Shown here: one piece after another, positions 44,798 through 52,488 of the stretch
How positions within the stretch are numbered: the first letter of the stretch is position 1
Layout of the letters: each line of letters begins with the position of its first letter
Source of the DNA: a virus
Lineage: Duplodnaviria > Caudoviricetes
DNA: 52,488 bases
IMG/VR virus record: IMGVR_UViG_3300050132_000511
Coordinates: 1 to 52,488 of that record
Strand: one strand, 5' to 3'
Position numbers and translations under genes: made by a program
The notes under the pieces: model-generated
Database searches by the model: none
What the model was told of the DNA's origin: nothing
The model's input: only the letters and a program-made list of their open reading frames with translations

Positions 44798-45615
44798 TGC
44801 GCAGCTTCAGCGCCGCCGCGCGCCAGCGGCTGACGGAGCCGTGGGAGGAATTCGTACCCTACGTCTACGACGACAAGGTGCCGAAGGTGCACGGCCGTTA
44901 CCCGGAATGGGACGGCGGGCCGGTCAGGGGCACGCTGACGATCGGCACCGGCCACACCAGCGCCGCCGGCCTCCCTGCGATCGTGCAGGGGATGCGGATC
45001 ACGAAGGCGGAGGGCAGCGAGATCCTGTCGCGGGATCTCGCGCCGTGCGTCAACGCGGTCAACCGACTGCTCAAGGTCGAGGTGACGCAGCACCAGTTCG
45101 ACATGCTGGTGGATACGCACTTCAATTGCCCGGTGGCGGCTGTCGCGGCGATCAAGCTCTACAACGCCGGCAAGCCCGAGGCGGTGCCGGCGAAGCTCCT
45201 GCAGTACACCTTCTCCAGGGGCGAGCACATGAACGGCCTGACCAACCGGCGCAACGCCGAGATCGCCTGGGGCAACACCCCGGACGAATTCGAGGCTCCG
45301 CCGGCGCCGAATCCGGACGTGGTGTTCTGCCCCAAGGCCGAGCGCAACCCGCCGCCGAAGCGGATGGCGCAGTCGAAGCAGGGCACCGCGGCCTTGACGC
45401 TCGGGAGCGGCGCGATCGCCGCGGCCGCGCAATCGGCCAACGCGGCGCTGGAGCCGCTGAAGCAGGTCAAGGGGTCGCTCGACGAGCTCGGCGTGTTCGA
45501 CCACCTGGCGCTGCTGGCACACAATCCGACGGTGCTGGCTTGTGCGCTCGCGGTCGGCCTCTGCGCCTTCATCTGGTTCGACCGCTACAACAAGCTGGTG
45601 AACGACCATGTTTGA
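44797..45615 (+). CDS. Endolysin, GH24 lysozyme with C-terminal TM segments
   Basis: WEEF.PYVYDD...TIGTGHT, TQHQFDML, GLTNRRNAE. Confidence 0.88.
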   Translation: MRSFSAAARQRLTEPWEEFVPYVYDDKVPKVHGRYPEWDGGPVRGTLTIGTGHTSAAGLPAIVQGMRITKAEGSEILSRDLAPCVNAVNRLLKVEVTQHQFDMLVDTHFNCPVAAVAAIKLYNAGKPEAVPAKLLQYTFSRGEHMNGLTNRRNAEIAWGNTPDEFEAPPAPNPDVVFCPKAERNPPPKRMAQSKQGTAALTLGSGAIAAAAQSANAALEPLKQVKGSLDELGVFDHLALLAHNPTVLACALAVGLCAFIWFDRYNKLVNDHV

Positions 45616-46060
45616 GGGCCTGCAGGATCTCGCCGCGGCATGGCGCACCATCCTCCACATCTCGGAATGGAGCGGGCTTTCCGTCGGCGCGCTCGCCGCC
45701 GGCGCCGGCCTGGTCTACTTGCGGCCGGCGCTGCTCAAGCCGGTGATATTCGGCGCCGTCGGGGTAGGGCTGCTCTATCTCGGCGTGATCCACGGCGACC
45801 GGGTCGGCCGCGCCGACGTCAATGCGCAATGGGCCGACGCGCGCAAGGCGGCGATCAAGGCCGACCAGGAACGCGACGCCATGATCGAGCAGAAGCTCGA
45901 GGCGAAATACCAACCCCAGCTCGCGGATCTGCAGAAGCAGGCCGACGCGCGCAAGGCGAGGGCCGAGGCCAATGAACGCAAGATCGCATCTGTTTCGAGG
46001 GGCCAGCCTGGCCGCTGTCTGCTCGGGGCTGCTGCTGACCGGGTGCACGTCGGACGGTAA
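45608..46060 (+). CDS. Inner-membrane spanin (Rz-like)
   Basis: TM followed by coiled coil and a C-terminal Cys. Confidence 0.7.
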   Translation: MFEGLQDLAAAWRTILHISEWSGLSVGALAAGAGLVYLRPALLKPVIFGAVGVGLLYLGVIHGDRVGRADVNAQWADARKAAIKADQERDAMIEQKLEAKYQPQLADLQKQADARKARAEANERKIASVSRGQPGRCLLGAAADRVHVGR

Positions 46061-46298
46061 GCTCGCCAGCTTCTCGGCCGGCGACGACGGCAAGACCGCC
46101 GTCACCTTGCCGTCGATCTGCGAGGCTTTCCTGCAGCCGGTACCGGTGACCAAAGAGACGCCAAAGAGCGACGCGATCGCGGCCTATACCCGCGCCGCCG
46201 ACGAGCGCGACCAGGCCAACGACCGCCTGATCGTCGGCGGCTATTGCGTCCGCGACCAGCGGGCGAGCTATTCCGGAACGAAGGACAAACCGAAATGA
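45972..46298 (+). CDS. Outer-membrane lipoprotein spanin (Rz1-like)
   Basis: LLTGC lipobox; overlaps the Rz 3' end. Confidence 0.72.
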   Translation: MNARSHLFRGASLAAVCSGLLLTGCTSDGKLASFSAGDDGKTAVTLPSICEAFLQPVPVTKETPKSDAIAAYTRAADERDQANDRLIVGGYCVRDQRASYSGTKDKPK

Positions 46299-46561
46299 CC
46301 GTGACCCCGATGCAGCGCCGCGGCATCGCCGATCGCCTCGTCGCGCTCGAAAGCCGCGCCGACGGCCATGACCGGCTGCACGCCGAGAAGATCAGCCCGA
46401 TGGTCGACCAGGTCGACGAGCTGTACAAGCTGCTGACCAAGTGGCGCAACATCAACTGGTTCCTCGTCAAGGTGGTCGGCTGGGGCGCCGGCGCCCTCGG
46501 CTTCATCGCCGTGGTGGTGACGATCGCCGCCGGCGTGACGCGGCTGGTTACCGGGCATTAA
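46295..46561 (+). CDS. Putative holin
   Basis: ATGA-coupled; coiled coil + C-terminal TM. Confidence 0.55.
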   Translation: MTVTPMQRRGIADRLVALESRADGHDRLHAEKISPMVDQVDELYKLLTKWRNINWFLVKVVGWGAGALGFIAVVVTIAAGVTRLVTGH

Positions 46562-46592
46562 GCGGCAATAGCCACCTAATCCACCCATCGGA

Positions 46593-46626
46593 CCGCCCGC
46601 CGGCACCAGCCGGCGGCGGGTCTTTT
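46593..46626 (+). terminator. Intrinsic terminator ending the lysis cassette
   Basis: CCGCCGGC-ACCA-GCCGGCGG hairpin followed by TCTTTT. Confidence 0.65.
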
Positions 46627-46684
46627 GCCGTTTGCGCCGATTCGCAAATCGCCTAGATTCGAAGTCCCAACAAAGGAGGACACC

Positions 46685-46906
46685 ATGCCGACCCAGATCG
46701 TGATGGACCATAGCGGCGACAGCCGCCACCAATTCGACGCCGGCGACGCGACCGCCGTGAAGGAAGCCGAGGAACGTTTCAAGGAGTTGACGGGCGCGGG
46801 TTTCACGGCAGCGGAGCGAAGCGGCAATGGCGAAGCGACCGTCACGCGCAGCTTCAACAAGGAAGCCGAAGAGACGCTGTTCTTCCCGCGCCTCAAGGGC
46901 GGCTAG
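46685..46906 (+). CDS. 73-aa ubiquitin/MoaD-like protein ending FFPRLKGG
   Basis: AAGGAGG RBS; C-terminal diglycine; beta-grasp-like pattern (fold inferred). Confidence 0.7.
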   Translation: MPTQIVMDHSGDSRHQFDAGDATAVKEAEERFKELTGAGFTAAERSGNGEATVTRSFNKEAEETLFFPRLKGG

Positions 46907-46916
46907 TCCCGCGGCC

Positions 46917-47966
46917 GTGGATCCGATCTCGGCGGCGTTCACCGGCCTGACACTCTCGCAGCTGACTGCGGATCTGCGGACGACGCCGCGGTCGGCATTC
47001 GATCCGCGCCACTTTCGCGCCCTCCTCAACGCTACATTTTACCGCCTTAGGGCCGAGATGGGTCACAACTATCGGCCCGGAAGCGCGCCTCCGTGTCGGC
47101 TGTTCGAACTGCACGTCAGCGCCGTCGACTACGAGATCGAACTTTATTGCCGCCTTTACGACGATCGCAGGCTGCGAGTGCCGCTAACGCCCAATGTCGA
47201 CGGGCGGCATCTGGACCATGTCGGATTCGTCAGGATCTGCCAGCTGTTCTGGGACAGGCAGGCCGAGGCCTTCGAACGCGACTACCGCCTATCGTTCGAC
47301 TGGCGCGACGACGTCGAGCTGCGCAACCGGATTGAGGATGCCAGTCGCGGCCTGCCGCCAAGGCCGGCGATATACGATGCGCCCGTCTTCAGCGGGATCG
47401 ATATGGCCGCGGATGAAAGTTGCACCATCGTACAGCGGGTAAGCTTACTGACCGGTGCGAGCGAGCAAGTCGCCATGACGGCAACGCAGGTGCGAGCGAT
47501 GGAGACTGAGATCTGGCGAGGCATCCCCGATGCGATTTATCATGGCGATGATCGTCGTGAGGCCAAACGGCGTGACGCCGAGGCGCGAGGCCTCAAGCTG
47601 CTGAAGGAATGGCTGTCCCCGGCGCAGCTCGCGCAGTTCGAACAGCAGGGCTATTTCGATGTAACCGCCGGCGACAGCGGCAAGCACTACCGGATTCACA
47701 ACGGCACCGTGCAGAACGTCTATGAGCTCGACGCGCAGGGCGAGCAGATCTGCGGCTGGTGCTTCGCGCCGGCCGGCGGCCTGGTGGCCGGTGACGTCAT
47801 GCTGGCGCAGAAGGTGGCACTGGAAACCGACGAGCGCGGCGCGCTGCTGGTGGCGAACCGGTTCGACGATTGGCGCGGTATCGCGCCGGGTGGATTCTAC
47901 GGCCGCTCGCCCGGCATGGTCTATATCGACGAGATGGCCCAAATCGACCTGCGGCCGGTGCGATGA
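46917..47966 (+). CDS. Partner protein with C-terminal YRI...NV...WCF...GDVMLAQK.ALETDE domain (start uncertain)
   Basis: GTG 10 nt after the Ubl stop; long ORF. Confidence 0.65.
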   Translation: MDPISAAFTGLTLSQLTADLRTTPRSAFDPRHFRALLNATFYRLRAEMGHNYRPGSAPPCRLFELHVSAVDYEIELYCRLYDDRRLRVPLTPNVDGRHLDHVGFVRICQLFWDRQAEAFERDYRLSFDWRDDVELRNRIEDASRGLPPRPAIYDAPVFSGIDMAADESCTIVQRVSLLTGASEQVAMTATQVRAMETEIWRGIPDAIYHGDDRREAKRRDAEARGLKLLKEWLSPAQLAQFEQQGYFDVTAGDSGKHYRIHNGTVQNVYELDAQGEQICGWCFAPAGGLVAGDVMLAQKVALETDERGALLVANRFDDWRGIAPGGFYGRSPGMVYIDEMAQIDLRPVR

Positions 47967-48199
47967 ATTACGTCTACCTAACGCCGCTGGATACGCAGCG
48001 CGAGTTTCTCCGAGGCGATTGGGGCGAGGCCATGGTCAGGGAGCCAGATCCGGTGCCGCGGCTGCCGCGCCAGCTGCGCTCACCTCGCATCGATCCGAAC
48101 TCGTGGATGGCGGGCTGGGGCGGTCTCGGAAGAGATCTGGCGGCAGAAGCTCAAGGCTTGACGTCGCGAGCAGCTCGGCGCCGGCACCGGCGATCTTGA
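47963..48199 (+). CDS. Hypothetical protein
   Basis: ATGA-coupled to the previous gene. Confidence 0.45.
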   Translation: MNYVYLTPLDTQREFLRGDWGEAMVREPDPVPRLPRQLRSPRIDPNSWMAGWGGLGRDLAAEAQGLTSRAARRRHRRS

Positions 48200-48301
48200 C
48201 GATCGCTTTGGTGATACCGCACGCTGCGCGGTCCTCCAGCGTGCCGGAGATCCAGCCCTCACGGCCGCGATAGACGCCGCGCAGGATTCGGACGTCGGTT
48301 C

Positions 48302-48676
48302 TCAGTAGTGCGGGCCCGCGGCATGGAGCCGATCGCGCAGCGCGAAACCCATCAGCGGCCAGAGCTGGCGGATGCAGTCCTCGTAGGCGAGCTTGCGGCC
48401 GAACTCGGCATTGAAGTTCTCGCGCGACGCCGGCGCGCTCTTGCCGACGATGGTGAAGCCGTTGCGCATCACCAGGATGCAGACCGACAGCACGCTCAGC
48501 GAGCTGATCACCGCCGGGACTTCGACGTCGCCGGCGTAGAGCGTGGAGTGGCCGCCCAGCTTGTCGCCGGTGAAGTCGAAGCGGGCCGCGATCGCGCCCT
48601 CGATGTCGGCGAGCGTGACGCGCGGCGCGACCGCGTGCGAGCCTGCTTCGGCGTCGCTAGCCTTGAGACTGTCCAT
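48302..48676 (-). CDS. Phage N4 gp49/Sf6 gp66 family protein
   Basis: APRVTLADIE...CILVMRNGFTIVGKSAPASRENFNAEFGRKLA...LWPLMGF; AAGGAG RBS. Confidence 0.88.
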   Translation of the reverse strand: MDSLKASDAEAGSHAVAPRVTLADIEGAIAARFDFTGDKLGGHSTLYAGDVEVPAVISSLSVLSVCILVMRNGFTIVGKSAPASRENFNAEFGRKLAYEDCIRQLWPLMGFALRDRLHAAGPHY

Positions 48677-48754
48677 GATGGCTCCTTGGCGCGGTGGGTG
48701 ACAGTTGATTGAGCCGCAGAACGGGGTCCGGCGGCTCGGGGTGCACCAGCACAT

Positions 48755-49297
48755 TCAGGCGGTCTGCGGGGCCGCGCCAGGCACTGCGGGAGCGGCCTGG
48801 CTCGCGGTGCCGGCATCCGCGGCCGGAGCGGCATTGGGCTCCTGCTGGGGCGCCGGAGCGGCGTTGGGCGTCTTGAGCGCGGCGAGCTTGCCCTCGAATT
48901 CGCTGAACATCTTGGTCAGCCAGCCGCCCAGCTCCTCGAACTTGACTTGGGTGGCGGTTTCCACGCCGGCGATCTTGTCGTGGACCGGCTGCAGATCGAC
49001 CGCGGGCGCCGGGCCTGTGCCGGCCTGCAGGGCCTCGGTCTTCGCCGCCTGACCCTTCTGGTAGGGCATCCAGACCGCGTGGGCCTTGTCCTGGTCGATG
49101 GGGTCGCCATCCTGCACCAGCAGCACGTTCGAGGCGCCGTAGGGCGAGCCGTCGCGGGCGGCGACCTGCAGATTGATGGTGCCGCCGTCGTTGACGCCGG
49201 CGATCATGGAACCGAACGGCTGACCGTCCTCGTGGCGGCCGCCGTCGATCGGCGGGAAGAACCAGACGATGCGGCCGATGGTGGGATCGATCCTCAT
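48755..49297 (-). CDS. Conserved phage protein
   Basis: PTIGRIVWF...QP...INLQV...WMPYQKGQAAKTE motif. Confidence 0.75.
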   Translation of the reverse strand: MRIDPTIGRIVWFFPPIDGGRHEDGQPFGSMIAGVNDGGTINLQVAARDGSPYGASNVLLVQDGDPIDQDKAHAVWMPYQKGQAAKTEALQAGTGPAPAVDLQPVHDKIAGVETATQVKFEELGGWLTKMFSEFEGKLAALKTPNAAPAPQQEPNAAPAADAGTASQAAPAVPGAAPQTA

Positions 49298-49686
49298 TTC
49301 GAGGCTCCTTGGGTTGGGGTGTCGAGCTTGGTGCGGACCTGGCCGTAAGAGGCGCCCTTGACCAGCGGCACGATCCTGACCAGGCCGTCGGCGATCAGCT
49401 TGTCCTGACGTGGCTGCTTCAGCTTCGACCAGCCCTCGACCACGATCTCGGGGCCTTCGCCGATCACGCTTTCCGCTTTGCCGGGCGAGACGGAGACCCA
49501 GCCGACCAGGCCGGCTTCAGTGAACGCCTCGCGGAACTTGCCTTGCGAATCGGCCGTGGCCTTGAGCAGCGTCTTGATCTCGCCGGCGCGGGCGAAGATC
49601 TCCGGGTTGTCGCGCTCGATCTCGAGCAGCTCCCGGCACAGATCGCGCACGGTCTTCGGCTTTTCTTTCCGGGCGGCGACGGCCAT
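49294..49686 (-). CDS. Hypothetical protein
   Basis: AGGA RBS; ATGA overlap. Confidence 0.65.
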   Translation of the reverse strand: MAVAARKEKPKTVRDLCRELLEIERDNPEIFARAGEIKTLLKATADSQGKFREAFTEAGLVGWVSVSPGKAESVIGEGPEIVVEGWSKLKQPRQDKLIADGLVRIVPLVKGASYGQVRTKLDTPTQGASK

Positions 49687-49803
49687 GTCAGGTCCTGGCG
49701 GCGCGGGAACGCGGCACAAGGGCCCGCGCGCGGGGCGAAATGTTCCATAATCACATTAACGGATGGTTTCAGGGGATTGATTCGGCTGGGCAAATGTTGC
49801 CGG

Positions 49804-50025
49804 TCAGGCGTGGCGGCCCAGCTCCCGGGCGACCCAACCGCGGGCCAGGAAGTCGCGAAAACCGCTCCGCGCGCTGCTGAAATAGCCGGCCTCGCGGGCG
49901 AGCTTGAACACCTGCCATTTCGCGCCGGCCGGCGTCTTGGCCTGCACGCGCATTTCGCAGAAGCCGTCGGCGCGGACCAGATATAGGCGGACCTCGAGGG
50001 TGAGCTGCTTGGCGCGGCGGGTCAT
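49804..50025 (-). CDS. Hypothetical protein
   Basis: ATGA overlap with the ASCH gene. Confidence 0.6.
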   Translation of the reverse strand: MTRRAKQLTLEVRLYLVRADGFCEMRVQAKTPAGAKWQVFKLAREAGYFSSARSGFRDFLARGWVARELGRHA

Positions 50026-50513
50026 CCCTCGTCCCCTTCCGGCCATTGCCAAAAACCTTGGGCGCCGCGCATCGGCGCCGGCGCGCGAAACGGCTGGATC
50101 TTCTCCAGCGGCCAGGCCCAGTTGTAGGCCTCCTCGTCGGCGGCCTGGCGATCGCTGTCGGCGACCTTGCCGCCGAACAACTTTGAGGCGTTGCGTGGCG
50201 TGCCGAGCACGGCACTGCCGAGGCCGCAGCCAAGCGGCAGCGCCTGGTATTTGGCGGCGGCGCGGCAGCGCTCCAGCACCACGCGCGCGATCGGCGCGAC
50301 CAGGCCGGTCTGGTCGGCGTCGGTGCCGAGCCATCGCAGCAGGTCCTCGACCTCGTCTGGCCGCACACGCCGGGCGCCAGCGTGGATGATGATGCGTTCG
50401 CCGATCGCGGGCGCGCCGACATATTTGAGGTAGCTCTTCGGCCGGAACTCGTAGGGCTTGGCGCCGACCATGATCAGCGAGGCCCAGGGTTGCCAGATGG
50501 TGAGGGCTTTCAT
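50022..50513 (-). CDS. ASCH domain protein
   Basis: MKALTIWQPWASLIMVGAKPYEFR...IIHAG...RGAQGFW. Confidence 0.88.
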   Translation of the reverse strand: MKALTIWQPWASLIMVGAKPYEFRPKSYLKYVGAPAIGERIIIHAGARRVRPDEVEDLLRWLGTDADQTGLVAPIARVVLERCRAAAKYQALPLGCGLGSAVLGTPRNASKLFGGKVADSDRQAADEEAYNWAWPLEKIQPFRAPAPMRGAQGFWQWPEGDEG

Positions 50514-50773
50514 CGTCCCTCATCCTTGTCGCCATAGAGCGTCGACCGCATTTCCGGCGTCAGGTCGGCGTAGGGACGCGCATGCCTGGCCAGATCGCTG
50601 ATCTCGTAGATCTGGCGCGGGCGGGTGCCGGCCCAGTAGACGAACTTGTCGTCGTCGTCGGCCTTCTCCGCGGCGCGGTCGATCACCTGGATGAAGTACG
50701 TCAGCAGCGGATGGTCCCAGCCGACGATCACCTTGTGGCGCGGATTGACCGCGGGGATCTCGTGGCGGCTCAT
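50510..50773 (-). CDS. Hypothetical protein
   Basis: MSRH...VGWDHPLLTYFIQV motif; coupled. Confidence 0.7.
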   Translation of the reverse strand: MSRHEIPAVNPRHKVIVGWDHPLLTYFIQVIDRAAEKADDDDKFVYWAGTRPRQIYEISDLARHARPYADLTPEMRSTLYGDKDEGR

Positions 50774-50979
50774 GGTTTCTTCTCCGCCGGCTGCAGGCCC
50801 ATGGTGGCGCTGCAGCACTTTGGCCAGCCTTCGCGCAGGCAGCGGGCGGCGTCGACATGGCGGGATTTGCCGCAGCGGCCGCACCACACCGTGCCGGCGA
50901 GCAGCGACGGATGAGAAGCGGCGATGGTGTCGTAGAGCGACTGGTGGTGCGTGTAGATGGCTTCGACGGCGTTGGTCAT
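50770..50979 (-). CDS. Small Zn-ribbon-like protein
   Basis: WCGRCG...GWPKCC. Confidence 0.65.
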   Translation of the reverse strand: MTNAVEAIYTHHQSLYDTIAASHPSLLAGTVWCGRCGKSRHVDAARCLREGWPKCCSATMGLQPAEKKP

Positions 50980-51248
50980 GAGCTCGGTCCCTCGATCTTC
51001 CGCAGTTCGGTCCTGGTCGAAAATTCGACCAGGACGATCTCCTTGTCGGTCAGCGCCGCGAGCTGCTCGGCTATCGGCGTGAGGCTGGCCAGCCGCGCCT
51101 GGTCGGCCGCGATCAGCGGTGCGAGCATCCCATTCGGAAATTGCGCGGCGCAGACGCCTTCGTTGCCGGCGGCGTCCCGGCTGACATAGATCCAGAGCTT
51201 TTCGATCCGGAGCAGCTCGTTTGGCGGACTGATCACTTCCGGCTTCAT
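50976..51248 (-). CDS. Hypothetical protein
   Basis: GNEGVCA...PLIAAD motif; coupled. Confidence 0.7.
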   Translation of the reverse strand: MKPEVISPPNELLRIEKLWIYVSRDAAGNEGVCAAQFPNGMLAPLIAADQARLASLTPIAEQLAALTDKEIVLVEFSTRTELRKIEGPSS

Positions 51249-51874
51249 GGCCGCGCCCTCAGCGCCGCGTCGCGGGCCTCGTTGAGCTCCGCCATCTTGT
51301 CGTGGTCGCCGCCGCGATCGGGGTGGCGATCATGCGCCAGGCGCCGGAAATTGGCCTCGATGACCTGGCGCGTGGCGTCGGGTTTTACCTCGAGCACGTC
51401 CCACCAGTTTTTGCCGGGCGCGGTCAGGGCGGCGAAGCCGGTGAAGGCGCGCTCGAGGATTTGGGCGCCGCCGTGCCGCTCGATCGCGCGCATGGCCTCC
51501 AGGGTGGCCGCGATCGCGGCGAGGTTGTCGCGCACCCGAAAATAGGCGTCGATCGCGATGACGCGCATCGGGCCGGCCTTTTTCTGGAAATAGACCGCGA
51601 CGCCGGGATCCCCGGGCTCGCCCTGGTCGCCGCGGGGCAGGCCGGAGAGATTGAGCTTGAGGTTGGTCGACACGATCGAATCGTCGACCACGTTCACGCC
51701 CAGCCGCTCCAGCTCGTATTTTACCCGCTTCATGGCGTCGGCCATGGTGATGTCGACGGTCGGCCGCCAACCATGCTCGTTGGCGCTGGCCTTGGTTCCG
51801 AACTTGGCTTCCTTCCGGTACTTCACCCGAGGCCAGCCATCGGGCCAGGCAAGCGGGTAGGCGTTCACGCTCAT
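51245..51874 (-). CDS. Phage J-domain (DnaJ-like) protein
   Basis: YPLAWPDGWPR...DPGVAVYF...WWDVLEV...HPDRGG. Confidence 0.88.
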   Translation of the reverse strand: MSVNAYPLAWPDGWPRVKYRKEAKFGTKASANEHGWRPTVDITMADAMKRVKYELERLGVNVVDDSIVSTNLKLNLSGLPRGDQGEPGDPGVAVYFQKKAGPMRVIAIDAYFRVRDNLAAIAATLEAMRAIERHGGAQILERAFTGFAALTAPGKNWWDVLEVKPDATRQVIEANFRRLAHDRHPDRGGDHDKMAELNEARDAALRARP

Positions 51875-52042
51875 GAAGGGCCTCATTTTTGAGTAATTTT
51901 TGAGACAAAACGCAACGCAACCGACGCGCCGAAGACGTGCTAAGTCGTTTCGACTCCGGGCTGGCCAGAGTCGAATCCCCGGCGTTTGCAGCCGGTTTTT
52001 GCGGGGCTAGAGTCGAATCGCGGATTGAAAAGGCTTGTGGAA

Positions 52043-52094
52043 CGCCGCCCTGTCACGGCGGAGGTCGCGGGTTCGAGTCCCGTCTCTCGCGCCA
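52043..52094 (+). other. att core: duplicated 3' portion of tRNA-Asp(GTC)
   Basis: CCGCC-CTGTCAC-GGCGG anticodon arm, GTTCGAGT T-loop, GCCA end; no D-arm or 5' acceptor strand upstream. Confidence 0.88.
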
Positions 52095-52293
52095 GTCGTT
52101 TCAGGCAGTTAGGCCGTTTCTGCGGCAGCCACCGGCCGATCGGCCGGATTTGCGCCCCAAATTCCCATATTCCGCTGTTTTTCCAGCGCCTCGCCATGCG
52201 GTCGCCGACTGAAGGTCGCCAGAGTGGCTTCAAACGCAAAGCGGCCGCCAGAAGGCGGCCGTGCTTCAAATTCCAGGGATTTCAGGCTTTATG

Positions 52294-52488
52294 CTAGCGG
52301 ACGACCATACCGTCCGAGCTGGTCACCGTCATCGGCTTGCCGGCCCGGATGACATGCGCCGTCTGGCTGTAATCCGCGTTGCTGCGTGCCGAGATACCCA
52401 ACCCGGCCACCACCAAACCCGCCGCCAGAGCGACAACCACGATCTTCAGATGGGTACTGCGGTCCGCAGAATGAATGGAGTGGTTCAT
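52294..52488 (-). CDS. Host conserved small membrane protein
   Basis: MNHSIHSADRSTHLKIVVVAL, recalled as a Bradyrhizobiaceae hypothetical; lies outside att. Confidence 0.7.
   Translation of the reverse strand: MNHSIHSADRSTHLKIVVVALAAGLVVAGLGISARSNADYSQTAHVIRAGKPMTVTSSDGMVVR

Larger units (their letters stand above)
1..52094. mobile_element. Temperate podovirus-like (BPP-1/T7-type virion module) prophage integrated at tRNA-Asp; left att lies outside the window
   Basis: Integrase at left edge, CI/Cro switch, complete head-tail-lysis gene order, 3' tRNA-Asp fragment at right edge followed by a host-like gene. Confidence 0.93.

Noticed and set aside
48345-48351. -1 frameshift at G GGT TTC fusing Gp49 to the KOW-like frame
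   Set aside because: Heptamer simply encodes the family LxG[FY] motif; no convincing stimulator identified
52021-52094. Intact tRNA-Asp gene
   Set aside because: 5' acceptor strand and D-arm are missing; treated as the att duplication

Overview
Almost the whole window (1..~52094) is an apparently complete temperate prophage in a GC-rich alphaproteobacterium. The flanking gene looks Bradyrhizobiaceae-like, from recall. The phage is integrated at tRNA-Asp(GTC): the duplicated 3' part of the tRNA is at 52043-52094, and the other att site is presumably just left of position 1. Gene order is integrase/xis and a tightly coupled leftward early operon, a CI/Cro switch with ACCAA-N5-TTGGT operators, an MT-A70 methyltransferase and replication initiator, a second Cre-like recombinase, and a BPP-1/T7-type podovirus morphogenesis block (TerS, TerL, portal, scaffold, capsid, tail tubes, ejection proteins, two receptor-binding proteins). 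These are followed by a glycosyl/methyl-transferase surface-modification cassette, lysis genes, a moron, and a leftward accessory arm (Gp49 family, ASCH, J-domain). The most notable unexplained features are: (1) a ubiquitin/MoaD-like protein ending in GG, paired with a Cys-containing partner; (2) a 1.45-kb cassette in which the Cre-like recombinase and two small ORFs sit between two 34-bp loxP-like sites; (3) host-chromosome cis-elements (DnaA boxes, a 15/16 parS match, GANTC clusters) around the replication gene; (4) an atypical tRNA-Gly-like sequence inside a translationally coupled ORF; (5) an ART-like domain in an ejection protein; and (6) an unannotated 35-aa histone-like peptide gene. 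All family calls come from motif recognition by eye; no searches were run.
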